Origin: Candidatus Hydrogenedentales bacterium
Lineage (GTDB): Bacteria; Hydrogenedentota; Hydrogenedentia; Hydrogenedentales; JAEUWI01
Reading direction: 5' to 3'
DNA: 49,633 nucleotides
Assembly: GCA_044344195.1 (NCBI GenBank)
Contig: JBIJDL010000002.1
Span: 1-49,633 of the forward strand
Shown: positions 24,138 to 32,791 of the stretch, in pieces
Position numbering within the stretch: the first letter of the stretch is position 1
Layout: each line of letters starts with the position of its first letter
The notes under the pieces: generated by a model
The model's database searches: none
Seen by the model: only the letters and a program-made list of their open reading frames with translations
What the model was told of the DNA's origin: nothing
Program-made: the position numbers and the translations under genes

Positions 24138-27100
24138 CTATGGTGCCACGGGGCAGATGCCGTCCTCGCTGCCGTCGCATAGCTCGTAGCCGCCGATGTT
24201 GTAGACCTGGATGAGGCGAAGTACCTCGTTGAGGTTCAGGCGCCAGTCCTGGGGGGCGTAGTCGCTCTTGTGGGGGTTACAGGTTTCGCTGGTGCCGTTG
24301 GGCTGGAATCCATCTTCGGTGCCCTCCTGACAGCCCAGGCGGTCGCTGTTGTAGAACTGGACGATGCGGAGGAGTTCGGAGAGCGAGATGGCGTTGTCTT
24401 CGTCGGTATCGGCCGAGTGGTAGAGCAGTTCGCCCTCGCCCTCACCTTCTCCCTCGCCCTCACCTTCTCCCTCGCCACCGCCCCCAAAGCTTTCGGGATC
24501 GGCCGGGTCGGTGCCGGCGAGCACTTCGTCATAGTCGTAGTAGGTGTCCTGGTCCCGATCCAGGGCGATTCGGTTGGCGGTGCCCGCAGCCACGATCGTG
24601 AAGATGGCGGAACCACCATCGTCCACCGATGCGAGGAGCGCTTCGGTCGTGATGGCCGTGCCAGCTGCGTCGCGCTCAAAGGAATCGCTCCCCTGATAGC
24701 GCGCGCCGCGCTGGATGCCGTTCACCGGGAAGTGGGCGACCAGTTCGACGCGGTTTGATGCTTCGACGATGTTGATGAACTGGGCAAGCTCGCCGAGGTC
24801 TTTGGCCGCTGGATCCACTTCCGTCTGTTGTCCTACGGCGGCGTGTACGTCTTTGCTGGGTTCACCGGGGATGTCGAGGAAGGGGATCGCGGGCGGGGTG
24901 GCATCGGCCTCAAAGTCGGAGCCAGAGAAGGAAAGCATGAGAGCGACCAGGTTGGCCAGTTCCTGGGCGGTGGCCGTATTGAAGGCGTTCTCCGACAGGA
25001 AACGCTCCAGCGTGTCCACGCTGCCGTCGTGGAGGAAGCCAAAGCCCGCACGGCTCGGGCTGTTCAGCATGGTCATGCCCACTTTGTCGTAGAGATTACG
25101 GAGCTGGGCTACTTTGAGGGAGCGGTTGGTGGAACCATCGATGCTGACCAGCATGAGGTGCTTCTCGTCCCGTGGGCCGTCGGGCAGGGTTTCGATCGAG
25201 GTCCCAGTAAAGCGGGCATTGGGACCATTGCCACTGGGGAGGCTGTGGCAGGTGACGCAGGCCATGGTATCGCCATCAATGCGCCGGACGTGGTCGCGAT
25301 AGAGGTCCAGCCCCGCCCGGGCGTTGCCGTTGGGCAGGGGCGTGCCGGCGGGCACATCCATTTGGTGGGGCACAAAATGGTCCGGCAGGGGAAGGCTGGT
25401 GGGCAGGGTGTTGTCTTGGTTCCGGAAGGGATTCGGGGGAAAGTGGATGGTCGCGAGGAAGTCCTCATACTCCTGCATTTCCGTCGGCGTCAGCTCGGTA
25501 TCGTCACTCTGCAGGCCCCGGAAGGCCGGGTTGAAATCTTCCAGCCCAAGTCGGTCCCCGCGCCAGTGAAAGGGCTCCTGGCCAATGATACCCTGAAAGG
25601 TCTGGGTGCTCATGGGACCCTTCATGGGGTGGAAGGGCTCGAAGTCCTCATTCAGGCCGGGGATATCGGCACCAAGATTGCGGTTCGTCAGTTGAAGCAC
25701 ATCGCCGGCGGGATCCCCCAGGTCCCAGGCCAGGCGGTCCATGCGTCCGTCCACGTGGCACGATGCGCAGGAGAGATGGCCCAGCCCGGAAGTCTTGTGC
25801 GTGTCATAGAGGTGCTTGCGCCCGATGCGGATCGCGTCGGGCGTGGGGTCGAAGACGGGCAGGCGGCTGATCTCGGTTTCGGTATCCGTGCTTATGACCG
25901 AGAGGGAACCCGCGAAGCGGTTCCAGACGTAGAGCTGCTGTCGGGTTTCATCGAGGGCGAGACCGGTCGGTCCTTCACCCAGCTCGATAGTGTCCGTCTG
26001 ACCGGCGCGGGCGCCCTGGGTGTTGATGACCACGAGGTTGTTCGAGCCCATGCCGGTCACATAAGCCTTGGTGCCCGCGCCGTTCCACATGATACCCCGG
26101 GGATCGCCGAGGGAGCGGTTGCGCTGGGCCTGTGGAATGCGCCGGTTTACATAGCCGTTGACATGGGCGGCATTGAGGTCGGTAATGGCGGTGGATTGCC
26201 CTGTTTCGGGATCGGCCGCGGCGTAGAGGACCCGGAGAAAGGTTCCATTGACCACGGGTTCAAAGCGGATTTCATTGGTGGCATCGGTGCCCACCATCGT
26301 CACCGCGCCGGTGCTTGGATTCACGGCCATGGCCATGCCGATGTTCATCAGGTGGTCGATATAGTCCACGGAAAGGTCATTGGCGTCAATCACGGCGATA
26401 TCATGGTCGAGCAGTTCCCAACCCACCGGACGACCGGATTGGGCGGCTAGATTGCCGCTGACCAGGGCAGTCCAGTCCGCCCCGGTGTCATCGCGCCAGA
26501 GACCCTCGCTGTCCTGCTTGACGATGAGGCCCACAGGCGGCGGCGTGCCGTTGGCCGGATTCTTCGGGGGAAAGAACTGGGCCCCGTCATTGGGGGCAGG
26601 ATTCACCACGCCGTGGGGGGCGTTGGCGTCGTCTACGACATTGGGCGGGAAGCTGATGGTGCCGGGGCCGTCGGAGCCGCCGCCCAGGAGGGTGCTGCGA
26701 TTGCCCGACTCGAAAATAGCCGCGTAGACCGTGTTCCCATCGGGGCTGACGGCCAGGGCGCGGGGATCTTCCGCATCCACGACGATTTCGTCGACGGACG
26801 CACGGGTGACGGCGTCGAAAACCTGGATCGTGTTTACCTGCGAGCAGGTCACGAAGGCCCGTGCCGGGTCGCCGGCAAAGACGACGTCCGCCGGCTCATC
26901 GAGGGTCTGGATTAAGCCCGTGACGGCGCCACTGGAAGCGTCGACGATGGTGATCGTATCCGAGATATGGTTCACCACCCAGAGTTCCGTGTCGGTGCGA
27001 AAACGTGCGGATACCGGGTCAATGCCAACCGGGATGGAGCGGCTTAGGACTGGGGATCCATCGCTCAGGTCAAAAATCAGGGCGCGGCTATCCGCCATGT

Positions 27101-27266
27101 GGGCCACGGCAAGGAACTGGGCAGAAGGATTCAGATCGACGGGATGTACCGGGGCCGTTTCGAAATTGACGAAGTGTTCGTCTTGCGCCTGGGCCCACGG
27201 TGCGAGTATTAAAAGGGTGAGCACGGCTGCAGCCGCAGGGATTGCATAGGGCCAAGGCTGATGCAC
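24138..27266 (-). CDS. Secreted beta-propeller (YVTN/lactonase-like) + di-haem cytochrome c peroxidase-like protein with (GE)n linker and tandem C-terminal EF-hand/dockerin-like Cys modules
   Basis: Two CxxCH motifs (CASCHVDGRMD, CVTCHSLPSG) lie in a CCP/MauG-like region. The N-terminal half has repeated V.V.PDG..vYva-type propeller blades. A GGGGEGEGEGEGEGEGEGE linker is present. The likely GTG start at 27266 follows GGGAGGA and gives a signal peptide (...LILAPWAQAQ). The ORF extends to 27362. Confidence 0.7.
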   Translation of the reverse strand: MHQPWPYAIPAAAAVLTLLILAPWAQAQDEHFVNFETAPVHPVDLNPSAQFLAVAHMADSRALIFDLSDGSPVLSRSIPVGIDPVSARFRTDTELWVVNHISDTITIVDASSGAVTGLIQTLDEPADVVFAGDPARAFVTCSQVNTIQVFDAVTRASVDEIVVDAEDPRALAVSPDGNTVYAAIFESGNRSTLLGGGSDGPGTISFPPNVVDDANAPHGVVNPAPNDGAQFFPPKNPANGTPPPVGLIVKQDSEGLWRDDTGADWTALVSGNLAAQSGRPVGWELLDHDIAVIDANDLSVDYIDHLMNIGMAMAVNPSTGAVTMVGTDATNEIRFEPVVNGTFLRVLYAAADPETGQSTAITDLNAAHVNGYVNRRIPQAQRNRSLGDPRGIMWNGAGTKAYVTGMGSNNLVVINTQGARAGQTDTIELGEGPTGLALDETRQQLYVWNRFAGSLSVISTDTETEISRLPVFDPTPDAIRIGRKHLYDTHKTSGLGHLSCASCHVDGRMDRLAWDLGDPAGDVLQLTNRNLGADIPGLNEDFEPFHPMKGPMSTQTFQGIIGQEPFHWRGDRLGLEDFNPAFRGLQSDDTELTPTEMQEYEDFLATIHFPPNPFRNQDNTLPTSLPLPDHFVPHQMDVPAGTPLPNGNARAGLDLYRDHVRRIDGDTMACVTCHSLPSGNGPNARFTGTSIETLPDGPRDEKHLMLVSIDGSTNRSLKVAQLRNLYDKVGMTMLNSPSRAGFGFLHDGSVDTLERFLSENAFNTATAQELANLVALMLSFSGSDFEADATPPAIPFLDIPGEPSKDVHAAVGQQTEVDPAAKDLGELAQFINIVEASNRVELVAHFPVNGIQRGARYQGSDSFERDAAGTAITTEALLASVDDGGSAIFTIVAAGTANRIALDRDQDTYYDYDEVLAGTDPADPESFGGGGEGEGEGEGEGEGEGELLYHSADTDEDNAISLSELLRIVQFYNSDRLGCQEGTEDGFQPNGTSETCNPHKSDYAPQDWRLNLNEVLRLIQVYNIGGYELCDGSEDGICPVAP

Positions 27267-27416
27267 GACTGAGGTTCCTCCCGGTGGCTCCGACTGCTGT
27301 TGCCGAGAATACACGCTCAAATAACACGCCCAATTGAAGTTGCCCGTCCAGCGGGATCTCAATTGGGCGCCAAGCGTGGTGCTAGGATACTGGAAATGCG
27401 CAGAATTTACAACCGA

Positions 27417-28514
27417 CTATTTCTTCAAGATGCCGCCCCGTCCGCTGCTGATGAAAATGCCCTGGAGGTTCATCCGGAGTTCTTCGGGATTGTCGGAGAA
27501 GGCATAGGCCTGGTCTTCCTTGATCAGGCCCGTCTTGATGAGGGCGGCGAGGCTCATGTTGAAGGTCTGCATGCCGTCTTCCTTGCCGCCCACGATTGCC
27601 GTGGGAATCTGTTTGATGTTGTTTTCGCGGATAAGCGACGCGATACCGGGGTTGTTGAACATCAATTCGATGGCGGGAATACGCCCCTTGGCATCGGCGG
27701 AAGGCAGCAGCCGCTGGGAGACGCAGGCGCGCAACTGCATGGAGAGCTGCGAGCGGATCTGGTCGTGCATGTTGGAGGAGAACATGTCCATGATGCGATC
27801 GATGGTCAACATGACGTTGGTGGTGTGGAGCGTGCTGAACACCAGGTGGCCCGTTTCCGCCGCCGAGATAGCGGCCTGGAAGGTTTCGGCGTCGCGCATT
27901 TCGCCGATGAGGATCACATCCGGGTCTTCGCGCATGGCGGCGCGCAAGGCAGAGTAGAAGTCCTTGGTGTCGATGTTAATTTCCCGCTGGGTGATGATGC
28001 TTTTCTTGTTGTGGTGCAGGAATTCAATGGGGTCTTCCAGCGTGACGATGTGAAAGCGATTGCGCTGATTGATGTAGTCGATGATGGAAGCGAGGGTGGT
28101 GGATTTACCGCTGCCGGTCGTGCCGGTGACCAGCACCAGCCCGCGGTGCAACTCGGCAATCTTGTTGAGCGCAGGAGGGAGGTTCAGCTCAGTAAATTCG
28201 AGGATTTTTCCCTTTACATGGCGCATGACAATGCCCACGGAGCCGCGCTGCTTCAGCACGTTTACACGAAAGCGGCCCAGACCGGCCACGCCGTAGGCGA
28301 GGTCCGCGTCGCCCTTTTCCTGGAAGGCGGCGAGCTCTTTTTCGCTCATGATTTCAGTCGCAAACTCAAGCGTGTCCGAGGGGGCCAGAGGCTCGGTCTC
28401 CAGGAAACGAATCTTACCGTCGATGCGGACCGCAGGCGGGCTGGCCACGGTCAGGTGGATGTCCGACGCCCCGTTCTTTACCGCATAACTCAAGATCTTA
28501 TTCAGTTCGATCAT
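27417..28514 (-). CDS. pilT: Type IV pilus twitching-motility ATPase PilT
   Basis: MIELNKILSYAVKNGASDIHLTVASPP..., Walker A GTTGSGKSTTLAS, Asp/His boxes, and the PilT-type IASLIRENNIKQI motif. 365 aa. RBS GGGAG lies 6 nt upstream of the ATG. Confidence 0.92.
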   Translation of the reverse strand: MIELNKILSYAVKNGASDIHLTVASPPAVRIDGKIRFLETEPLAPSDTLEFATEIMSEKELAAFQEKGDADLAYGVAGLGRFRVNVLKQRGSVGIVMRHVKGKILEFTELNLPPALNKIAELHRGLVLVTGTTGSGKSTTLASIIDYINQRNRFHIVTLEDPIEFLHHNKKSIITQREINIDTKDFYSALRAAMREDPDVILIGEMRDAETFQAAISAAETGHLVFSTLHTTNVMLTIDRIMDMFSSNMHDQIRSQLSMQLRACVSQRLLPSADAKGRIPAIELMFNNPGIASLIRENNIKQIPTAIVGGKEDGMQTFNMSLAALIKTGLIKEDQAYAFSDNPEELRMNLQGIFISSGRGGILKK

Positions 28515-28578
28515 GCCGCACTCCCGATTGGTCCCACGGCGAGCAGCTCGCCTAGTGGGAGTATACCAGAAGAGAATT

Positions 28579-28645
28579 GAAGGATGAAGGATGAAGGATG
28601 AAGGATGAAGGATGAAGGATGAAGGATGAAGGATGAAGGATGAAG
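28579..28645. repeat. Heptanucleotide tandem array (GAAGGAT) x9 plus a partial unit
   Basis: Nine perfect head-to-tail copies at 28579-28641, then GAAG. It lies 65 nt upstream of the pilT start codon. Confidence 0.95.
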
Positions 28646-28659
28646 CAATGGAAAACCGT

Positions 28660-28757
28660 CAACTATCAACTATCAACTATCAACTATCAACTATCAACTA
28701 TCAACTATCAACCATCAACCATCAACCATCAACTATCAACTATCAACTATCAACTAT
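28660..28757. repeat. Heptanucleotide tandem array (CAACTAT)7 (CAACCAT)3 (CAACTAT)4
   Basis: Fourteen head-to-tail 7-mers counted directly, with the variant unit forming an internal block. The last two units overlap the stop and final four codons (IVDS) of the DegT-family gene. Confidence 0.95.
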
Positions 28758-29891
28758 CCCGTGGCCGCCGATTTCCCGTACGCCTTTGATCAGTTCCGCC
28801 ATGTGGGCCTCCGTGTGCAGGAGCATGTGCTGGGTCAGCCAGACGCCTTCACTCGCGCACAGGGCTTCTGTGACCGGGCAGTGGCAGGTGCTGTAGTCGA
28901 AGCGGTCCTTGAATTTTTTGAACAGGGGCTGCTTGTAGAGGGGCAGGGGGTAGCCCGCGACGAAGGGCAGGCCCCGCTCTTTGGCGGCGGCCAGGAAGTC
29001 CGCCCGGCTCATGCCATAGGCGGCGCTGTCCAGGCGGAGGCAATAGAGGTGGTAGGAGCGTCGCGTCATACCGGGAGCCACGGGCTGGGGAGTGATGCCC
29101 GGAATTCCGGTAAGTCCTGCATCCAGCAGGGCGGCATTCGCACAGCGGCGTTCGAGTTGTTCGGGGTAGCGCTCAAGTTGGGCCTGAAGTATGGCCGCGC
29201 CGAATTCCGTGATTCTGGCATTCGTGCCCAGGTTGATGTGGTGATACCAGGGGGCCCCTTCTTCCCGTCCGCAGTTGACGATGCTGCGGCAGCGTTCGGC
29301 GACGGCCGTATCGTCGGTCACGATGACACCCCCTTCACCGGCCGTAAGGTTTTTCGATTCCTGGAAGCTGAAGACACCGGAGCAGCCGATTGTTCCCGCG
29401 CCGCGCCCCTGCCAGGCGCTGCCCCAGGCATGGCAGGCGTCTTCGATCAGCTTTAGCCCGTGGCTTTCCGCCAGCTCGGCCAGTGTGTCGCAGTGGGCCA
29501 TGGACCCGCCGAAGTACACGGGCATGATGGCCTTCGTCCTCGGCGTGATGGCGGCGGCTGCGGCCTTGGGACTCATGCACCAGGTCTCGTCCACATCGAC
29601 GAAGATGGGCGTGGCCCCGACGCGGAGTACGGCGGTCGCCGTGGCCACGAAGGTGTAGGGCGGAACAATGACTTCGTCGCCGGGCCCGATTTCGAGGGCT
29701 TCCAGGACCACTTCCAGTCCCGTGGTGCCGCTCGTGCACGCCACGCCATGGCGCGCGCCCTGAAAGGAGGCATAGGCCTTTTCAAAAGCTACGGTCTCCC
29801 CGCCGTTGAACCACTTCCTGCGTTGAAGGACGCGCATGAGGGCGTCCTGGTCGGAACTGTCGAAAACGGGCCAGGCAAAGTCGAAATTCAT
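28743..29891 (-). CDS. DegT/DnrJ/EryC1/StrS family PLP-dependent sugar aminotransferase
   Basis: The family pattern runs throughout (WFNGGETVAFEKAYASF, GDEVIVPPYTFVATA, FSFQESKNLTAGEGG with the PLP lysine, WYHH). Confidence 0.9.
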   Translation of the reverse strand: MNFDFAWPVFDSSDQDALMRVLQRRKWFNGGETVAFEKAYASFQGARHGVACTSGTTGLEVVLEALEIGPGDEVIVPPYTFVATATAVLRVGATPIFVDVDETWCMSPKAAAAAITPRTKAIMPVYFGGSMAHCDTLAELAESHGLKLIEDACHAWGSAWQGRGAGTIGCSGVFSFQESKNLTAGEGGVIVTDDTAVAERCRSIVNCGREEGAPWYHHINLGTNARITEFGAAILQAQLERYPEQLERRCANAALLDAGLTGIPGITPQPVAPGMTRRSYHLYCLRLDSAAYGMSRADFLAAAKERGLPFVAGYPLPLYKQPLFKKFKDRFDYSTCHCPVTEALCASEGVWLTQHMLLHTEAHMAELIKGVREIGGHGIVDS

Positions 29892-30113
29892 GTGATGGGC
29901 CTTTGGGGTGTTAGCAGTATGAATAATGCGGGTGCTTGGAGCGAAAATTGGGGTATCCTAATGGACGCCCCTGTGTTAGACTAATCAATAGAGACAGGAG
30001 ATTGCAACTGAATTCTCGTTCCCGCATCACGCCCGCTCCGGGCGCGTTTGCAGCCATTCCAGCCAGGCAGATGTGGCGCGTTGCAGCATTCGTCACAGAA
30101 GGAGGTAGGGTCC

Positions 30114-30605
30114 ATGCAAATGATCAGTGATGTCATCAAGCCCCGGGATATTTACTGGGTAAGTGCCGATGACTCAGTCCGACAGGCAGTACATTATCTG
30201 TGCGAACGAAAAACGGGGGCCGTGGCAGTAAAGGAAGGGGAACATGTGGTCGGGATCTTCTCCGAACGGGATCTGATGCATCGCGTGGTCAATGTGTCGC
30301 TGGATATAGACGCGGTTCGAGTACGCCAGGTGATGACCCCGGATCCCATCTCGGTGCGTTTGGATGACGAGATGCGCCACGCGAAGTCTGTCATGTTCAA
30401 GTGTGGCGTGCGGCATCTGGTGGTCGTGGGCAATGGCGGCGTCTATAAAGGGCTGATCTCCATGCGCGACCTGATTGAGGCGGACATGGCTGAGTCCTCG
30501 GAGCTCATCGAGCGCCTGAACGATGCCTACTATGAAAAAGCGTACCGCGCGCGCTGGCGCATGTCGTCCAACCGCGTGATCGTTGAGCAGTATACCCCCC
30601 AATAA
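30114..30605 (+). CDS. CBS domain pair protein
   Basis: Two CBS-type repeats (VVGIFSERDLMHRVV, YKGLISMRDLIEA). ATG 30114 is preceded by GAAGGAGG (30098-30105). The ORF-track start at 30048 is probably too far upstream. Confidence 0.85.
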   Translation: MQMISDVIKPRDIYWVSADDSVRQAVHYLCERKTGAVAVKEGEHVVGIFSERDLMHRVVNVSLDIDAVRVRQVMTPDPISVRLDDEMRHAKSVMFKCGVRHLVVVGNGGVYKGLISMRDLIEADMAESSELIERLNDAYYEKAYRARWRMSSNRVIVEQYTPQ

Positions 30606-30633
30606 GCTTGCGGCCACACGGCCCACGGACATA

Positions 30634-30667
30634 AATCCCCCTGCGGTAGCGGGGGGATTTTTTTGTG
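30634..30667 (+). terminator. Rho-independent terminator after the CBS gene
   Basis: AATCCCCCTGC-ggta-GCGGGGGGATT followed by TTTTTTGTG. Confidence 0.7.
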
Positions 30668-31036
30668 TCTTACCGGATGCGTGCGCCCGACGACGGGGAG
30701 ATTCTGGAACGCTTCGGCGGGTTATATTGCGTGCAGGGCGGGGGCATAGTTTGCAAAATCGGGCCGGGAACGGCGATACTACACGTGCCCACCACAGGTA
30801 GTGCGCCTTCAACGGATCGGTCAGCCACGATGGCCCGAGGTCTTCGGACACGGTCGCTTTTCGTGGTGTTTCCGACAGGTGATATCACACCGGCAGGTGC
30901 CACCTGTACCGGGAAGGCCCACCTCCGCCATCCAATTCGAATTACCACTCGTTGAATCGGGGTATGCATGGCGGCAAGGCAAATGTAAATCGTACACGGT
31001 AGCCACCAGGAAAGGCTGGTGGTTGGAGAAAAATTC

Positions 31037-31966
31037 ATGGCAACAATGCATCCAGGCTCGACGGCGTACTTCGAAGGCGCGTACATGAACTCCGCTGACG
31101 CGAAGCTCAGCGTGATGACCCACGCCTTCAACTACGGCACGGCGCTCTTTGAAGGGATCCGCGGCTACTACAGCAAAGACGAAGACAATCTCTTCATCTT
31201 CCGCCTCCACGAGCACATCGATCGTTTCGTGCGGAACTTCAATATTCTGTGCATGGATATCCCGGAGAATGCCGGCGACATCGTGGAGATCTGCCTGGAG
31301 GTGTCCCGTCGTTGCGCCCTTCGGGAAGATGTCTATCTGCGGCCCCTCTGCTACAAGAGCGAACTATCCCTGGGCCCCGCGGTGCGCGGCGTTTCCAGCG
31401 CCCTGTGCTGCTATCTCATCAAGCTCGGCGACTATGTCGACACGAGCGAGGGTCTGGACGTGGCCGTTTCCTCCTGGCGCCGCCTTTCGGATAACGCCAT
31501 TCCCACGCGCGCCAAAACCACGGGCAGCTACATTAACTCGTCTCTGGCCGCGTCGGAAGCGAAGCAGTCTGGATTCCACGAGGCGATTTTCCTCCGGGAA
31601 GATGGCACCGTGGCCGAAGGCAGCGCCATGAATATTTTCGTGCTGCAAGGGGACACGCTGATAACGCCGCCCCCGAATGCGGACATCCTGGTGGGGATCA
31701 CGCGCAACACGATCATTCAGCTTGCCGAAGAGCAACTGGGCATGAAAGTGATCGAGCGTCCCATCGCACGCACGGAGCTTTACGTCAGCGACGAGATCTT
31801 TTTCTGCGGGACGGGTGCCCAGGTGGCCCCGATCCGTTCGGTTGACCGGCGTCCCGTGGGCGCGGGAAAGCCGGGGCCAGTGACCCGCAGCCTTCAGGAC
31901 ATCTACTTCAATGTGGTCACCGGCAAAGTGGACGCCTACCGTCACTGGTGTACGCCGGTGTATTGA
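31037..31966 (+). CDS. ilvE: Branched-chain amino acid aminotransferase (class IV)
   Basis: SVMTHAFNYGTALFEGIRGYY, YLRP, EGSAMNIFV, GITRNTIIQLA and FFCGTGAQVAPI are typical IlvE blocks. ATG 31037 has GGAGAA upstream. Confidence 0.9.
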   Translation: MATMHPGSTAYFEGAYMNSADAKLSVMTHAFNYGTALFEGIRGYYSKDEDNLFIFRLHEHIDRFVRNFNILCMDIPENAGDIVEICLEVSRRCALREDVYLRPLCYKSELSLGPAVRGVSSALCCYLIKLGDYVDTSEGLDVAVSSWRRLSDNAIPTRAKTTGSYINSSLAASEAKQSGFHEAIFLREDGTVAEGSAMNIFVLQGDTLITPPPNADILVGITRNTIIQLAEEQLGMKVIERPIARTELYVSDEIFFCGTGAQVAPIRSVDRRPVGAGKPGPVTRSLQDIYFNVVTGKVDAYRHWCTPVY

Positions 31967-31977
31967 TGAGTAGTTAT

Positions 31978-32006
31978 GGGGGGCGGCTCTTAGCCCCCCT
32001 TTTTTA
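31978..32006 (+). terminator. Rho-independent terminator after ilvE
   Basis: GGGGGGC-ggctctta-GCCCCCC followed by TTTTTTA. Confidence 0.75.
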
Positions 32007-32098
32007 TACAACTTGGTTGCAGGTCTCTGGGGCTGGAAAGCCCCCGCTCCATGGGCCAGAAAATTTCTAAAGTATCAGCAATCTCTTTGCAGCTTCGA

Positions 32099-32791
32099 TC
32101 ACTTATCGTTTCTGACGTTTTGATATAGCTCGGCAGTATACACAGGGCCGGTGGTACCATAGGGCGCGCGGGTGGCCAGGACGCGCTCCACTTCCGCCGC
32201 ACCCAGCAGTGAAACCCCGCCCAACTGGCGCGCGGCGAGCAATACCGTAGCGGAATGCTCGATCTTCTCCAACTTAAAGTAGGCGCTTTCCAGGGTTGCG
32301 CCCACGGTCACCGATCCGTGGCGGTCCAGCATGACCCCGTCACAGAGGCGAATGAGGGGGCGGATGACTTCGTTGCCCTCGGGCGTGCCGGGCGTCGCAT
32401 AGGCGGTCACCGGGATGCCGCCGAGGGCGGCCACCAGCTCGGGGAGCACAGGCTCGGCGAGGGAAATGCCCGCCAGCGTGAAGGCCGTGGCGATGGGGGG
32501 ATGGGCGTGGACCACCGCGTTAATATCGGGACGCTCCTCGAAGCAAGCAAGGTGGGTGAAAAACTCCGAGGTGACCTTGCCCGTGCCGCTGACTTTGTTT
32601 CCCGCCCCATCGGCCACGATGAGGTCCTCGGGCTTCATGTAGCCTTTGGACACGCCGCTGGGCGTGCACAGGAAGTGGCCATCGCTCAGGCGCACGCTCA
32701 AGTTTCCATCGGTTCCGCCCACGAGGTTGCGGGCATACATTCGACGCCCCAGTTCACAGATGGTTTCGCGAAGTTCCTGTTCATCCAGCAT
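32099..32791 (-). CDS. Class II aldolase/adducin family protein (FucA/MtnB-like)
   Basis: GGTDGNLSVRL and VVHAHPPIATAF metal-binding blocks. ATG 32791 is preceded by GGAGG with a 6-nt spacer. The ORF-track extension to 32833 is unlikely. Confidence 0.85.
   Translation of the reverse strand: MLDEQELRETICELGRRMYARNLVGGTDGNLSVRLSDGHFLCTPSGVSKGYMKPEDLIVADGAGNKVSGTGKVTSEFFTHLACFEERPDINAVVHAHPPIATAFTLAGISLAEPVLPELVAALGGIPVTAYATPGTPEGNEVIRPLIRLCDGVMLDRHGSVTVGATLESAYFKLEKIEHSATVLLAARQLGGVSLLGAAEVERVLATRAPYGTTGPVYTAELYQNVRNDK

Noticed and set aside
24424-24484. DNA tandem repeat (GCCCTCACCTTCTCCCTC-type) as a regulatory repeat
   Set aside because: It lies inside the CDS and simply encodes the (GE)n linker, so it is coding low complexity rather than an intergenic element.
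24828-26450. 540-aa plus-strand ORF inside the propeller/di-haem gene, and 27300-28580 (+) 426 aa antisense to pilT
   Set aside because: Both are antisense to genes with clear family motifs and have Gly/Val/Ala/Arg-biased shadow composition.
28579-28757. Possible CRISPR array
   Set aside because: The units are 7 nt, directly abutting, with no spacers, and no cas genes are present. These are microsatellite-like tandem repeats, not CRISPR.
28633-28896. 87-aa ORF MKDEAMENRQLSTINYQLSTINYQ...
   Set aside because: It is a translation artefact of the heptamer arrays, where 7-nt units read in three frames give a 7-aa periodic peptide. Its 3' part is antisense to the DegT-family gene.
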